Source: Octopus sinensis (taxonomy: Eukaryota). From it: 38,098 bases of DNA. The position numbers were made by a program, and so were the translations under genes. The first letter of the stretch is position 1, and every line of letters starts with the position of its first letter. Location: the NCBI RefSeq assembly GCF_006345805.1, contig NW_021835813.1:1-38098 (forward strand), written 5' to 3'. Positions 24,569 through 36,194 of this stretch are shown in pieces. Under the pieces are notes generated by a model, which was not told where the DNA came from, made no database searches, and saw nothing but the letters and a program-made list of their open reading frames with translations.

Positions 24569-24893
24569 TACATACATACATACATACATACATACATTCA
24601 TACATACATACATACATACATACATACATACTACATACATACATACATACATACATACATGCATACACGGCGGCACCTTGAAAAATTTGTTGTCGACTAT
24701 TTCGACCCCAATACTTTTTTTAAAATCCTTTTAAGCCTGGTACTTACTCTATCGGGCTTTTATGCCCAACCGCTAAGTTACTTGTTTTAGTCATTTGACT
24801 GCGACCATGCTGGTGCACCGGCGTAAAAATTTTTTAGTGGAATTTATCTACTCCTGTGTCTATTTTTAATGCCTGGTACTTATCCTATCGATC
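22361..24893. repeat. Direct tandem duplication of about 1.27 kb (22361-23635 and 23636-24893)
   Basis: Two consecutive near-identical blocks: pseudogene fragment, microsatellite, MITE end, (CA)n(CATA)n, SINE remnant. Confidence 0.85.
23636..23890 (-). pseudogene. SAMHD1-like fragment P6, HD codons deleted
   Basis: ORF 23701-24117 reads ..[44 protein letters not shown]. Confidence 0.85.
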
Positions 24894-26449
24894 TCTTTGC
24901 CGAGCTTTTAATTTACGGGGATGTAACAAACGGGTACCGGTTGTCACACACACACACATTATTTTATTTGTTTCAGTCATTTGACTGCAGCCATGCAGGA
25001 GCACCGCCTTTAGATGAACAAATTGACTCCAGGATTTTTTTTTTGTAGCCCTAGTACTTATATCCGTTTAAGTTTCGGGGATGTAACTTAGACCGACATA
25101 AATTACCGAGTTACGGGGACGTGAACACACCAGTGTCGCTTGTGAAGCGATGGTTGGGGAACAAACACAGATATACAAACACATAATACTTCTAATATAT
25201 ATATATATATATATATATACGAGTATTCTTTTTAAAAAAAACTTTTCTTTTAATTTTTCTAAAGTTAATTATTTAATTGTTACAGTTGAAAAAGTCTCAA
25301 TGACTGAAACCGGTACTGAAATATTTTTTATAAAATTATTTTAGCATTTTCTATCTTGAATTTTTTTCCATATATATATATATATATATATATGGAAAAA
25401 AAGTCAAGATAGAAAATGCTAAAATAATTTTATTAAAAATATTTCAGTATATATTTATATATATATAAAGATAAGATCATTATTTAAATATCGATCTTAT
25501 CAGGTGGTCAGCATAGGAATAAAAACCTTCAAAGGTAATAATTATTATTAAAATTATAATTTAGGGTATCTAAGAGATACCAACACGCTGCTAAAGCCAC
25601 ATCATTTGATGTGGTTATAGAGTCAAGTTTTGGCTGCTATTTCCAGCGTGTTGGTATCTCTTAGATACCCTAAATTATAATTTTAATAATATATATATGT
25701 GTATATATATATATATATGACGGGCTTCTTTCAGTTTCCGTCTACCAAATTCACTCCCAAGGCTTTGGTAGTTGGCCCGAGGCTAAAGTAGAAGACACTT
25801 GTCCAAGGTGGCACTCAGTGGACTGAACCCGATAAAACATTCTTTCAGTTTCGTTTACCAAGTCCACTCACAAGAATTTGATTGGCCCATGGTTACAGTA
25901 GAAAGCACTTGCCCAAAGTGCCACGCAGTGTGACTGAACCCCGAACCATGTGGTTGGGAAGCAATCTTCTTACCACACGGCCACACCTGCTATGGCAGTG
26001 ATATATATACTTATCTCACATTTTATTTCACTATCACTAGTTTTATCATGTATAATATAATAACTACTATAGGTAAAATTTAGTATATTAATTATTGTTA
26101 GGTTAAGTTAAGTTAATTTTTGGGGCTCAAAAAGTAAAAAGCAAGGCCACGTAGGAGGACATGGAGTTATTTAGAGGGGTGTTCATGCAAAGAGTTCAGG
26201 CTATTTCGTGTCAAGAGAGACTTTGATCCGAGCGGTCGTCGGTACGTCACTGCCCCCTAAACTCAAACGTCCCCTTCGACATTCCCAGAGTCCCGTCGGG
26301 GCGGTACAATCTACTTCGAGAATCCTTGGTGTGGTCGTGCAGATCAGCCTCAGTAATTATTTTTAAGTTTGGTACTTAGTCTATCACCTCCTCTGTTGCC
26401 GAACCGGTATTGAAACACAAACAGAAGCACAACCACACACACACACACA

Positions 26450-26492
<43 letters not shown>

Positions 26493-26667
26493 ACGCACAT
26501 ACACACATACACACACTCACAAACAAACAAATAAACAAACAAGCAACGTAACCGTTAATTCAAACGCATTTTTTTCTATCGTCCTGTTTTCTCTCTTGAG
26601 AAATTAGGCTTCTCAAAACCAGAAAGGAGAAAGCTAATTTGAAGACTACAGATCCAATCCATCACTG

Positions 26668-29050
26668 AAAACCATTCCGAAAACCCACGAGCGTTCAAGT
26701 CGCACAAAATCCTAAAGGAAAAGCTGCAAGTCATGTGGAGGGTAAACGTTAAAGCCTGGGTCATCAGGCAATTCTTCACCGAGTTGGTCAAACTTGTCTT
26801 CGGACCAGCAATGAAAAAGTGCCTTCTGGAGAACGATCTTCTTCTCAACGTCATTCTCATCCTCGATAATGCTCCTGCTCACCCTCCTAACTTCCAAGAT
26901 GATATCCTGGACGAATTTAAATTCATAAAAGTTGTGTACTTTTCACGCAACACCACCCCATCTTTCAGCCCATGGACCAACTGGTGATCTTGAATTTTAA
27001 GAAATTGCACACCAAACATCTGTTTCGTTGGTGCTTTGAAGTCACCGAATATACAAATCGAACTCTTCATGAGTTTCGGATGGAGCACTACAACATTGTA
27101 AACTGTCTGAAAATCATCGATATGGCCTGGCAGGGTGTAACGAGAAGAATGTTGAATTCTGCATGGAGGAAATTGTGGTATCGGAAAGCGACTTCGTGGG
27201 GTTTGAGTGTGAGACACCTGTACTTGAGGAGTGTTTCTTGGCAAGTCCATAGGCCTCGAGGTTGTTGATAGGGACATTAACAATCTCGTCGAGGAACACT
27301 TCGAGGAGCTAACGACAGGTGAATTCTTTCAGCTTCAGGAGCAACAGTACGTATGTGTGTGTATTAGGGGAACAGATGCAAAAGGAATGTGTATGTCTTT
27401 GAAGTAAAAAAATGAGTGAATCGCTTCAGAGTTAAAAATAATTTATTCACTGGACTTAATTTGTCGTTGGTGCACATAATTCTTCACTACATGCAAAATG
27501 TTGACAACTGCTACGAGTTGCTAGAATTAGAAACAGGGTACATCTGTGGAAGTGATGTGTCAGAAATGAACGTGTGTGTGTGTGTGTGTAATTCATCTGA
27601 GATCAGTAGTCTACCGTAGAACTTCGAACATTTCTCTCGAGTCTCTACGACCAACCAAAACCTGTCGTCGTAGACATTTCTCGTTTGCCTGCTAGGCCTT
27701 TCTCCTCTCTGTCTGTCTGTTGACCACCGTATTTATAATAATCGTGGCAGCTAGAAGGACAGACATACTGCAGCAGGTTAGCTCCTGTCCATTTGAACTT
27801 CGCCTGACATGGCTGAGGTTGTAGATCAATCACTTTTTGACAGGACAAAGAAAACCGTTTTTTCGCACCTGTTGATCGTGGTGGTTTGGACGACCGAAAA
27901 TTCTTAGATTCACTTTCGAATCTAGGCTTGGAGAAGGAAGTGTTAATTTTTACAAGCATTTGAATGCGGTGGAAGAGATTGATTCCCTGGTGGAGGACAT
28001 TCTGGCGGAGAATGCTATCTCTACGAGTGACACAAGGGCAGTGTTGGCAAGGTGGCAGTGTTTTTCTGTATTTGTAGAAAATTATCATCTTGTAAAATTA
28101 GCTACAGGTCGTGCAGCTACTTTATTTAATGACACTGCTCTGACGAGTTTTCGCAACATTTTTGAAAGGCAGACTTCTTTTGGTAACTTTCTATTGAAAC
28201 GGCCTGGAAGTGTAAAAAGTGAAGGAATTGTGTCCAAAAAGCCTAAATTAAGCAAAGTGAGACAGAAATTCCTGAAGTCTTAATAGAACATGAATCTCCT
28301 TCCAAGCAGCAATCCTTCTCCTTCCCGCTCTATCGTCTTCCTCGCGCACAAATTGTCCCATCTTTAAGGCCATTCAGTTAATAAAACCAGTTTACATATT
28401 TCTTTTGCATTTTCTTTTTTATAATTGTCACTTTACTTTTAACAACAATTTTTCGAACTTTTCGGTTTGAACGGCAGTTTTTCAACGGCGGTGTCATGAA
28501 ATTGTCACCCATAATTATGACCCTAGAATCGATTTGTTGCATTTCAATCTCTTTTAGGGTTAAGGTTAGTTAGGGTTAGGGGTGGGGGAAGGGTACCTTT
28601 TTTTTCTTCACAAATGTAAATAAACCCAATCTGTTTCTTAAACGAGGGACATATTCATACGGCACAGAATGCTTTTTAATTCAATAGACGTCACTGGTTT
28701 GTTGAAATTGCAGAAAAATAACAACAAATATCTTACAAACTATAGAATTTTCTCAATAAAGCCAAGAGAAAAAGATGTTTTTTTAAACACATTCTACCAG
28801 TATAGGAAGTTTAAAATTTTAAAATTAACTAGATATTATTTTCAAAACTGCCGTTCAAACCGAAATGATCCCAATTTTTCTGCTTTAAAACCCATAAAAA
28901 AATATTTTGGGGTGATTTGGGGCGGGGGCTGAAACGGATTAATTATATTTTAGTTCATTTCAATAGGGAAAATTGATTTGTAAAACGAGTAAATCGTAAA
29001 ACGATTTCGGGCATAGAACGAATTAAGCTCGTTTTGCGAAGTAATCGATG
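26668..29050 (+). mobile_element. Tigger/pogo remnant, duplicate copy with a 5' deletion
   Basis: WRVNVKAWV, LDNAPAHP, MDQLVI, AWRKLW, KLATGRA; same TIR-like end with TA at 29051. Confidence 0.85.
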
Positions 29051-29234
29051 TAATTCTAATTAAATAATTCTAGTTTAGTAATTACCTTCCCTTCTAATCT
29101 ATTTTGTACTTGAAGAATTCGGTGCGAGCTCGGCAGAAGGAAAAATGCCTATCTTCAAACCTTTCAAATGAGTGCAGGATGTAAATTCTTTCATCACAGA
29201 CAACTAAGAAACTTGAAGAAAATAAAAATAATTA

Positions 29235-29975
29235 TGGGATCTTTCCTTTTGAACGGCACTTTTCAACACAATTTCTAGTTAACTAAACACTTTTAAACTT
29301 CGTATACTGGTAGAATGTGTCAAAATAAAACATTTTTTCTCTTGGCTTTCTTGAGAAAATTGTAGTTCGTTTGTTTAACGTAGTTTAATTTTTCGATTTT
29401 TAACCAATCCTATGCCCTCTATTTATCTAAATTCATTTGCTGCGTCTAAAACAGACAACATCCTGTCACTAACCCTAACCCTAAATTTTGGCCTTTCGTT
29501 TTTTTTTGTTAATTGTTAAATTAATTTAAGGATAACAATTAAGAAGAAAAAGACGAAAGCAATGGAAAATAATTTTAATTTAACAATTAAGAAAAAAAAA
29601 ACAAAGGCTAAAACGAAAGCAAAAACTCAAAACAAAAACAAAACGAATAATTTTAGACACATGCGTAACAATTAAATTAATTTAACAATTAAGAAAAAAA
29701 AAACGAAAGGCTAAAATTTAGGGATAGGATTAGGGTTAGTGACAGGATGTTGTCTCAGTTTTAGACGCAGCAAATGATTTTAGCTCAATAGAGGGCATAG
29801 GATTGGTTAAAATTCGAAAAATTAAACTACGTTAAACTTACAAATTACAATTTTCTCAAGAGAGCCAAGAGACAAAGGGTTATTTTTGACACATTCTACC
29901 AGTATACGAAGTTTAAAAGTGTTTAGTTAACTAGAAATTGTGTTAAAAACTGCCGTTCGAAAGGGAAAGATCCCA
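29235..29975. mobile_element. Fold-back MITE, duplicate of 10590-11327
   Basis: TA|TGGGATCTTT...AAAGATCCCA|TA with about 300-bp inverted arms. Confidence 0.85.
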
Positions 29976-30078
29976 TAATTATGATCTTTACTTCATATTA
30001 TTATTTTTTTTTAATTTTAAAATAACAATAATCATTAATCTTTCTACCTTTACGACAAATACATTTATCATTTTTTAT

Positions 30079-30185
<107 letters not shown>

Positions 30186-30281
30186 TAGTAGTAGTAGTAG
30201 TAGTAGTAACAGTGGCGGCTGCTGCTTCTAAATTTCACTTTCACTATTAATCTACTGCGAATTAAATCCGTCATCTTAACC

Positions 30282-30338
<57 letters not shown>

Positions 30339-31007
30339 TGTGAGCGTCCGTTGGGGTGTGTGAAAGGAGGTACGTCTGTGTTAGTGTATTGGTATACTTA
30401 TGTGGGTGGGTGTTAGCGTGTGTTCGTCGTGTGAGAGGAGGAGTCTCTGTTTTTGTGTATTCGTGTGCTTAGCTATCTATATGAGTTTGTGAGTGTGTGC
30501 AGGTGGGTGTACGCCAACCAAATCTCAAACAAACATTCTCCACTCCTTGTATTTGTCACTACAGTTATACAATCAAACGATATATTTTCAAAGTAAGAAA
30601 ACATGCTAAAATTTAAAGATCGAAGACGTTTGGTTAAAGGAAAACATTTTCTATAAAGAAAGACAAAACATTAAAATTATCTTTTACCATTTAGTTTCTA
30701 CTACAGAGCTGCGGCCACGCTGAAGCACCAAAAACTATTGTTCGTTTAGTATTTCTAACTTTTGAAATTTTTCAGTAGTTAAGTATATTTTTATGATTTT
30801 TTAACTTTCACCAATTTTCACTTCAATTCTCATACTGTTTCATTGGTTTATTTTCTTTGATTAGTAATTTTCAATATGATTATTTTGTTGTTGCTTTTTC
30901 TCTAGATTCTTGTTTTTCAGTTTGCTTTTTTTTTATATCCAGTAATTATTATTTATTATTTTAATCATTTTCTCTTATCTTTCAACTTCATTTTTGTTTG
31001 GCTCTTC

Positions 31008-32207
31008 CTATATCCTTTCAAAACAATATCTGACATTCAGTTGAAATGTGCCTGGCAGAAACAGCATCTCTTCTAGTTCATCTGGATTATAATTGAATGA
31101 TTCATGCATATTTCCTCTTTCATAAAATGGGATTTTCACTAGTGGGTTTTCATTTCCAGCTCCATAATCGAAATTAGCTTCACAGACTATATTGCCCGGT
31201 TCTTCGCCTTGGTCATTTCCATCCTCGACTGTGCCTATGTACCTATAAGATCGTTTGATTATATCATTCAATGTATTCCGAGCCACTCTGAGGTTTTCAT
31301 TATCCTCATTCCTTAATATCTCCTCCAAAATACTATCTGTAAAATAAGTAAATCTCCTCATATCGTAGACATTTTCGATAATTCCCAGGTGTCTCTCTGC
31401 GGATCTTAAGGTCTCGCAAAGTAGCGTATTAAACAGAAGAACAGTTTTGTGTTGGTAAGCTGTTTTATGTAATCGATATCGGGAATAAAACATATCAAAG
31501 AAATTATCAACAGTTTTGTCTCTGTAGCATATTTGATCACCTATGACTCTGGACATTTTTATCATTCTTTCGTGATCAAATGACTTTCCAATACCAAGAA
31601 AATGGGAATCTCTCGCCAGATAATCCCATTTATCAACGTCGATGTTATAGTCTCTATTGTTGACAATTTGGTAAAGAAATTGTGGTCTCGCGGAATTTTC
31701 TGATTCACCAATGATAAGATCTTTTATGAAAGCAATTTCATCAGGCTCAAGTTCTTCTCTAACATGTGGGTTCTCTTCAAAAAGATGATCCAACATTTTA
31801 CATGATGCATCTTCATGTTTCCATCTATTATCTGGTCTTCGATTTTCATTAATAAAACCTTCAAAGACATGCGAAAACGGCGCATGTCCTAAATCATGAC
31901 ACAAACCAGCAATTTCCACGCAAAGTATATCTCGATCAGATATCTCCAGATCGGGATTTTGCTGTTTTAGACGACGAACCAATTTCCCAGCTAAGTAACA
32001 TGTCCCCAGACAATGCTCGAATCTATTATGCGAAGCTGATGGAAAAACATAATAACACAAACCTAATTGTTTGATGTTCCGTAATCTCTGAAATTGTACT
32101 GTATTAATAATTTTAACACAGAGAGGCGGCAACTCCATAGATCCGTGAATAGCGTCATGAAAAACCTGATCCGAATCCATACGGCTTGAATTTTCAGATT
32201 GAGTCAT
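31008..32207 (-). CDS. SAMHD1-like: Intronless SAMHD1-like HD-domain dNTP triphosphohydrolase, gene A (399 aa from first ATG; frame open to TTG at 32348)
   Basis: FHDAIHG, QFQRLRNIKQLG, HNRFEH, GLCHDLGHAPFSH, WKHE, DVDKWDYLARD, R..LH..AYQHK, TDSI, DYG..NP align colinearly with the human SAMHD1 HD domain. All four metal ligands (H167, H206, D207, D311, human numbering) are present. No SAM domain. Confidence 0.92.
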   Translation of the reverse strand: MTQSENSSRMDSDQVFHDAIHGSMELPPLCVKIINTVQFQRLRNIKQLGLCYYVFPSASHNRFEHCLGTCYLAGKLVRRLKQQNPDLEISDRDILCVEIAGLCHDLGHAPFSHVFEGFINENRRPDNRWKHEDASCKMLDHLFEENPHVREELEPDEIAFIKDLIIGESENSARPQFLYQIVNNRDYNIDVDKWDYLARDSHFLGIGKSFDHERMIKMSRVIGDQICYRDKTVDNFFDMFYSRYRLHKTAYQHKTVLLFNTLLCETLRSAERHLGIIENVYDMRRFTYFTDSILEEILRNEDNENLRVARNTLNDIIKRSYRYIGTVEDGNDQGEEPGNIVCEANFDYGAGNENPLVKIPFYERGNMHESFNYNPDELEEMLFLPGTFQLNVRYCFERI

Positions 32208-32747
32208 TATTAAATTATTAGGAAAACAGCTAAATTTTTGGTGGGGCTTTCGTTTATGTTGCTGTTGTTGTTGGTTTTGTTGGTGGTGGTCTCGTTGTTG
32301 CTGCGTGTGTTGGTTTTGAAATGTGGAGCAGAAATATAAGTTATCCAATTATGTTTAGTTGGCTATTTCTAATATTTGATTTGAAGAGATCTCAGTTGTA
32401 TTGGCATTTAGATATGTGATGTCAGAAATAATATCAGCGATCCCGAAATTGGTTCTGTGTTTGGTGGCAACAAAACAAAATAAACAGTGTTGTTATATCA
32501 GAAGTCAGCTGACAACCGAACCCGATTGTCACAGCTGTTATCTCATTCGATACACAACTTTTACTTTGTTTTATAAGCATAAACAACTTCAACATCAACA
32601 ACACCACCACCGCAGCAGCAGCAGCAGCGGCACTAATAGCAGCAGGAGCAGCAATAGGAAAAGCAACAGCGTCAGTAGTTGGTGGTGGTGGTGGTGGTGG
32701 TGGTTTTGGTGGTTGTGGTGGTGGTGGTTGTGGTAGTAGTGGTACTT

Positions 32748-32792
<45 letters not shown>

Positions 32793-32886
32793 ACAGTGGC
32801 GGCTGCTGCTTCTAAATTTCACTTTCACTATTAATCTACTCTACTGCGAATTAAATCCGTCATCTTAACCGGTATTGTGTGTTGTG

Positions 32887-32927
<41 letters not shown>

Positions 32928-33507
32928 GTGTTGTGTGTGTGTGTGTGTGTGTTAGCGTGCGTTCACCGTGTGAGAGGAAGAGTGTCTGTTTTGTGTATTC
33001 GTGTGCTTAGCTATCTATATGAGTTTGTGAGTGTGTGCAGGTGGGTGTACGCCAACCAAATTTCAAACAAACATTCTCCACTCCTTGTATTTGTCACTAC
33101 AGTTATACAATCAAACGATATATTTTCAAAGTAAGAAAACATGCTAAAATTTAAAGAAATCGAAGACGTTTGGTTAAAGGAAAACATTTCCTGTAAAAGA
33201 AAGACAAAACATTAAAATTATCTTTTATCATTTATTAGCTTCTACTACAGAGCTGCGGCCACGCTGAAGCACCAAAAACTATTGTTCGTTTAGTATTTCT
33301 AACTTTTGAAATTTTTCAGTAGTTAAGTATATTTTTATGATTTTTAACTTTCACCAATTTTCACTTCAATTCTCATACTGTTTCATTAGTTTATTTTCTT
33401 TGATTAGTAATTTTCCATATGATTATTTTGTTGTTGCTTTTTCTCTAGATTCTTGTTTTTCAGTTTGCTTTTTTTTTATATCCAGTAATTATTATTTATT
33501 ATTTTAA

Positions 33508-34731
33508 TCATCTTCTCCTTCTTCTTTGGCTCTTCCTTTTCCTTTGAAAACAATATTTGATTTTCATTTGAAATTTGCGTGGCAGTGACAGCATCTCTTC
33601 TAGTTCATCTGAATTATATCTCAATAATTCATGCGTACTTTTTTTATAAAATGGGATTTTCACTAGTGGGTTTTTCTTTCCAGCTCCATAATCGAACTTA
33701 GCTTTACAGACTATATTGCCCGGTTCTTCGCCTTGGTCATTTCTATCATCGACTGTGCCTTTGTACTTATAAGATCGATAGATTATATCCTTCAATTTAT
33801 TCTGGGCCTCTTTGAGGTTTCCATTATCCTCATTCTTTAATAATTCCTCCAAAATACTATCTGTAAAATAAGTAAATTTCTTCATATCGTCGACCTTTTC
33901 GAAAATTTTCACGTGTTCATTTGCGGATTTGAAGGCCTCGCCAAGTAGTTTATTAAACAGAAGAACAGTTTTGTGTTTGTAAGCTGTTTTATGTAATCGA
34001 TATCGGGAATAAAACATATCAAAGAAATTATCAACAGTTTTGTCTCTGTAGCATATTTGATCACCTATTACTTTGGACATTTTTATCATTCTTTCGTGAT
34101 CAAATGACTTTCCAATACCAAGAAAATGGGAATCTCTCGCCAGATAATCCCATTTATCAACGTCGATGTTATAGGATTTATTGTTGATGATTTGGTAAAG
34201 AAATTTTGGTCTCCTATAGATTTCTGGTTTACCAGTAATGAGATCTTTTATGAAATCAATATCATTACGCTCAACTTTAATACGTGGGTTCTCTTTAAAA
34301 AGATGCTCTAACATTTTACATGATGCATCTTCATGTTCCCACTCTTCACCTCCATTTTCCTTGCGATACTCGTTGATAAAACCTTCAAAGACATGAGAAA
34401 AAGGCGCATGTCCTAAATCATGACACAAACCAGCAATTTCAACACAAAGTATATCTCGATCAGATATTTCCAGATCGGGATTTTGCTGTTTAAGATGGCG
34501 AACCATTTTCCCAGCTAAGTAACATGTCCCCAGACAATGCTCGAATCTATTATGCGAAGCTGATGGAAAAACATAATAACACAAACCTAATTGTTTGATG
34601 TTCCGTAATCTCTGAAATTGTATCGTATTGATAATCTCTACACAGAGAGGCGGCAACTCCATAGATCCGTGAATAGCGTCATGAAAAACCTGATCCGAAT
34701 CCATACGGCTTGAATTTTCAGATTGAGTCAT
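33508..34731 (-). CDS. SAMHD1-like: Intronless SAMHD1-like HD-domain dNTP triphosphohydrolase, gene B (407 aa from first ATG; frame open to TTG at 34872)
   Basis: Same motifs as gene A with intact metal ligands; AYKHK variant; basic tail RKRKSQRRRRR. Tandem unit spacing to gene A is about 2.5 kb. Confidence 0.92.
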   Translation of the reverse strand: MTQSENSSRMDSDQVFHDAIHGSMELPPLCVEIINTIQFQRLRNIKQLGLCYYVFPSASHNRFEHCLGTCYLAGKMVRHLKQQNPDLEISDRDILCVEIAGLCHDLGHAPFSHVFEGFINEYRKENGGEEWEHEDASCKMLEHLFKENPRIKVERNDIDFIKDLITGKPEIYRRPKFLYQIINNKSYNIDVDKWDYLARDSHFLGIGKSFDHERMIKMSKVIGDQICYRDKTVDNFFDMFYSRYRLHKTAYKHKTVLLFNKLLGEAFKSANEHVKIFEKVDDMKKFTYFTDSILEELLKNEDNGNLKEAQNKLKDIIYRSYKYKGTVDDRNDQGEEPGNIVCKAKFDYGAGKKNPLVKIPFYKKSTHELLRYNSDELEEMLSLPRKFQMKIKYCFQRKRKSQRRRRR

Positions 34732-35281
34732 TATTAAATTATTAGGAAAACAGCTAAATTTTTTGTGGGGCTTTCCTTTATGTTGCTGTTGTTGTTGGGT
34801 TTGTTGGTGGTGGTCTCGTTGTTGCTGCGTGTGTTGGTTTTGAAATGTGGAGCAGAAATATAAGTTATTCAATTATGTTTAGTTGGCTATTTCTGATATT
34901 TGATTTGAAGAGATCTCAGTTGGATTGGCATTTAGATATGTGATGTCAGAAATAATATTCAGCGATCCCGAAATTGGTTCTGTGTTTGGTGGCAACAAAA
35001 CAAATAAACAGTGTTGTTATATCAGAAGTCAGCTGACAACCCGAACCCGAATGTCACAACTGTTTTCTCCTTCGATACACAACTTTTACTTTGTTTTATA
35101 AGTATAAACAACTTCAACATCAACAACAACACCACCGCAGCAGCAGCACAGCGGCACTTATAGCAGCAGGAGCAGCAATAGGAAAAGCACAGCGTCAGTA
35201 GTTGGTGGTGGTGGTGGTGGTGTTCGTGGTGGTTGTGGTGGTGGTAGTAGTAGTAGTAGTAGTTTTAGTATAACGACTTGG

Positions 35282-35576
35282 GCCTTTTGAGTGGATTGGT
35301 AGACGGAAACTGGAAAGAAGCCCGTCGGTATATATGTATATGTATATATGCCTGTGTGTGTTTGTGTGTCTGTGTTTGTCCCCCTAGCATTGCTTGACAA
35401 CCGATGCTGGTGTGTTTACGTCGCCGTAACTTAGCGGTTCGGCAAAAGACTCCGATAGAATAAGTACTGGGCTTACAAAGAATAAGTCCCGGGGTCGATT
35501 TGCTCGACGAAAGGCGGCGCTCCAGCATGGCCGCAGTCAAATGACTGAAACAAGTAAAAGAGTAAAAGAGTAAAAA
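35282..35576 (+). mobile_element. 5'-truncated SINE
   Basis: GGTAGACGGAAACTG...GGCGCTCCAGCATGGCCGCAGTCAAATGACTGAAACAAG followed by (TAAAAGAG)n tail. Confidence 0.85.
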
Positions 35577-36194
35577 ATATATATAGGGCATATGTTTTTA
35601 TCTTAACATTCCTTTCCTTCACTTTACACTTTATATTAATCATTCCCAGCATAGCTGAACGAAAATGACCGTACGAAAATTCTTATGATTCAAATAGGAG
35701 AAGAATATTTCTGAAATTGCATGAGGCGTCAGCTAGCATTTAGCCCAAGACCGGTCCTTGTTTGGCACACAACAGCGTTGCTTCCAGAGGTTTCATCGAA
35801 GTGGTGAGAGAACGAGTGTGGCTAGAGTGTGTCGCCCAGGGCAGCCTTCACTTTGCCGCCCCTTGCCCCTCACGAAAATACGTATTGCTTACAGCAAATG
35901 AGAGTGGTGCTGCGCCTCGATAAAAGAGCCGCCAAAGGCGATGCTGTCAATTACAATATCTTTTGTGTTTCAGTTTCTGTTATTGGCCTTTCGTTGTTTT
36001 TGCGGGGGGGGGTTCGGCCTTCTGCTGAGAGCAACTAAAGGTTGTCGTAGTAATCACGTAAGTCCATAACTGCCTCAGACAGAGTGCAATGCAGCACTTT
36101 TTAGTAACGGAGTGAACCAAGATGAACAGTAATAAGAATTTTACTCGCTGGACCCAGGATATTCCACGGAGTACCATCTTCAACTATATTATTA

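Noticed and set aside
16207-24790. Poly-S/V/T/Y/L/HT/CV ORFs in the track
   Set aside because: Translations of (GTA)n, (GGT)n, (CA)n, (TA)n and (CATA)n microsatellites; no domain content apart from the noted SAMHD1-like fragments.
31008-34731. Firm claim of viral horizontal transfer or of retroposition
   Set aside because: No viral neighbours, poly(A) remnant or TSD visible; lack of introns alone cannot decide. Needs phylogeny.
35829-36183. Short ORFs in the more GC-rich stretch upstream of gene B
   Set aside because: No recognisable motifs; may be promoter or old repeat sequence, but I cannot support a call.
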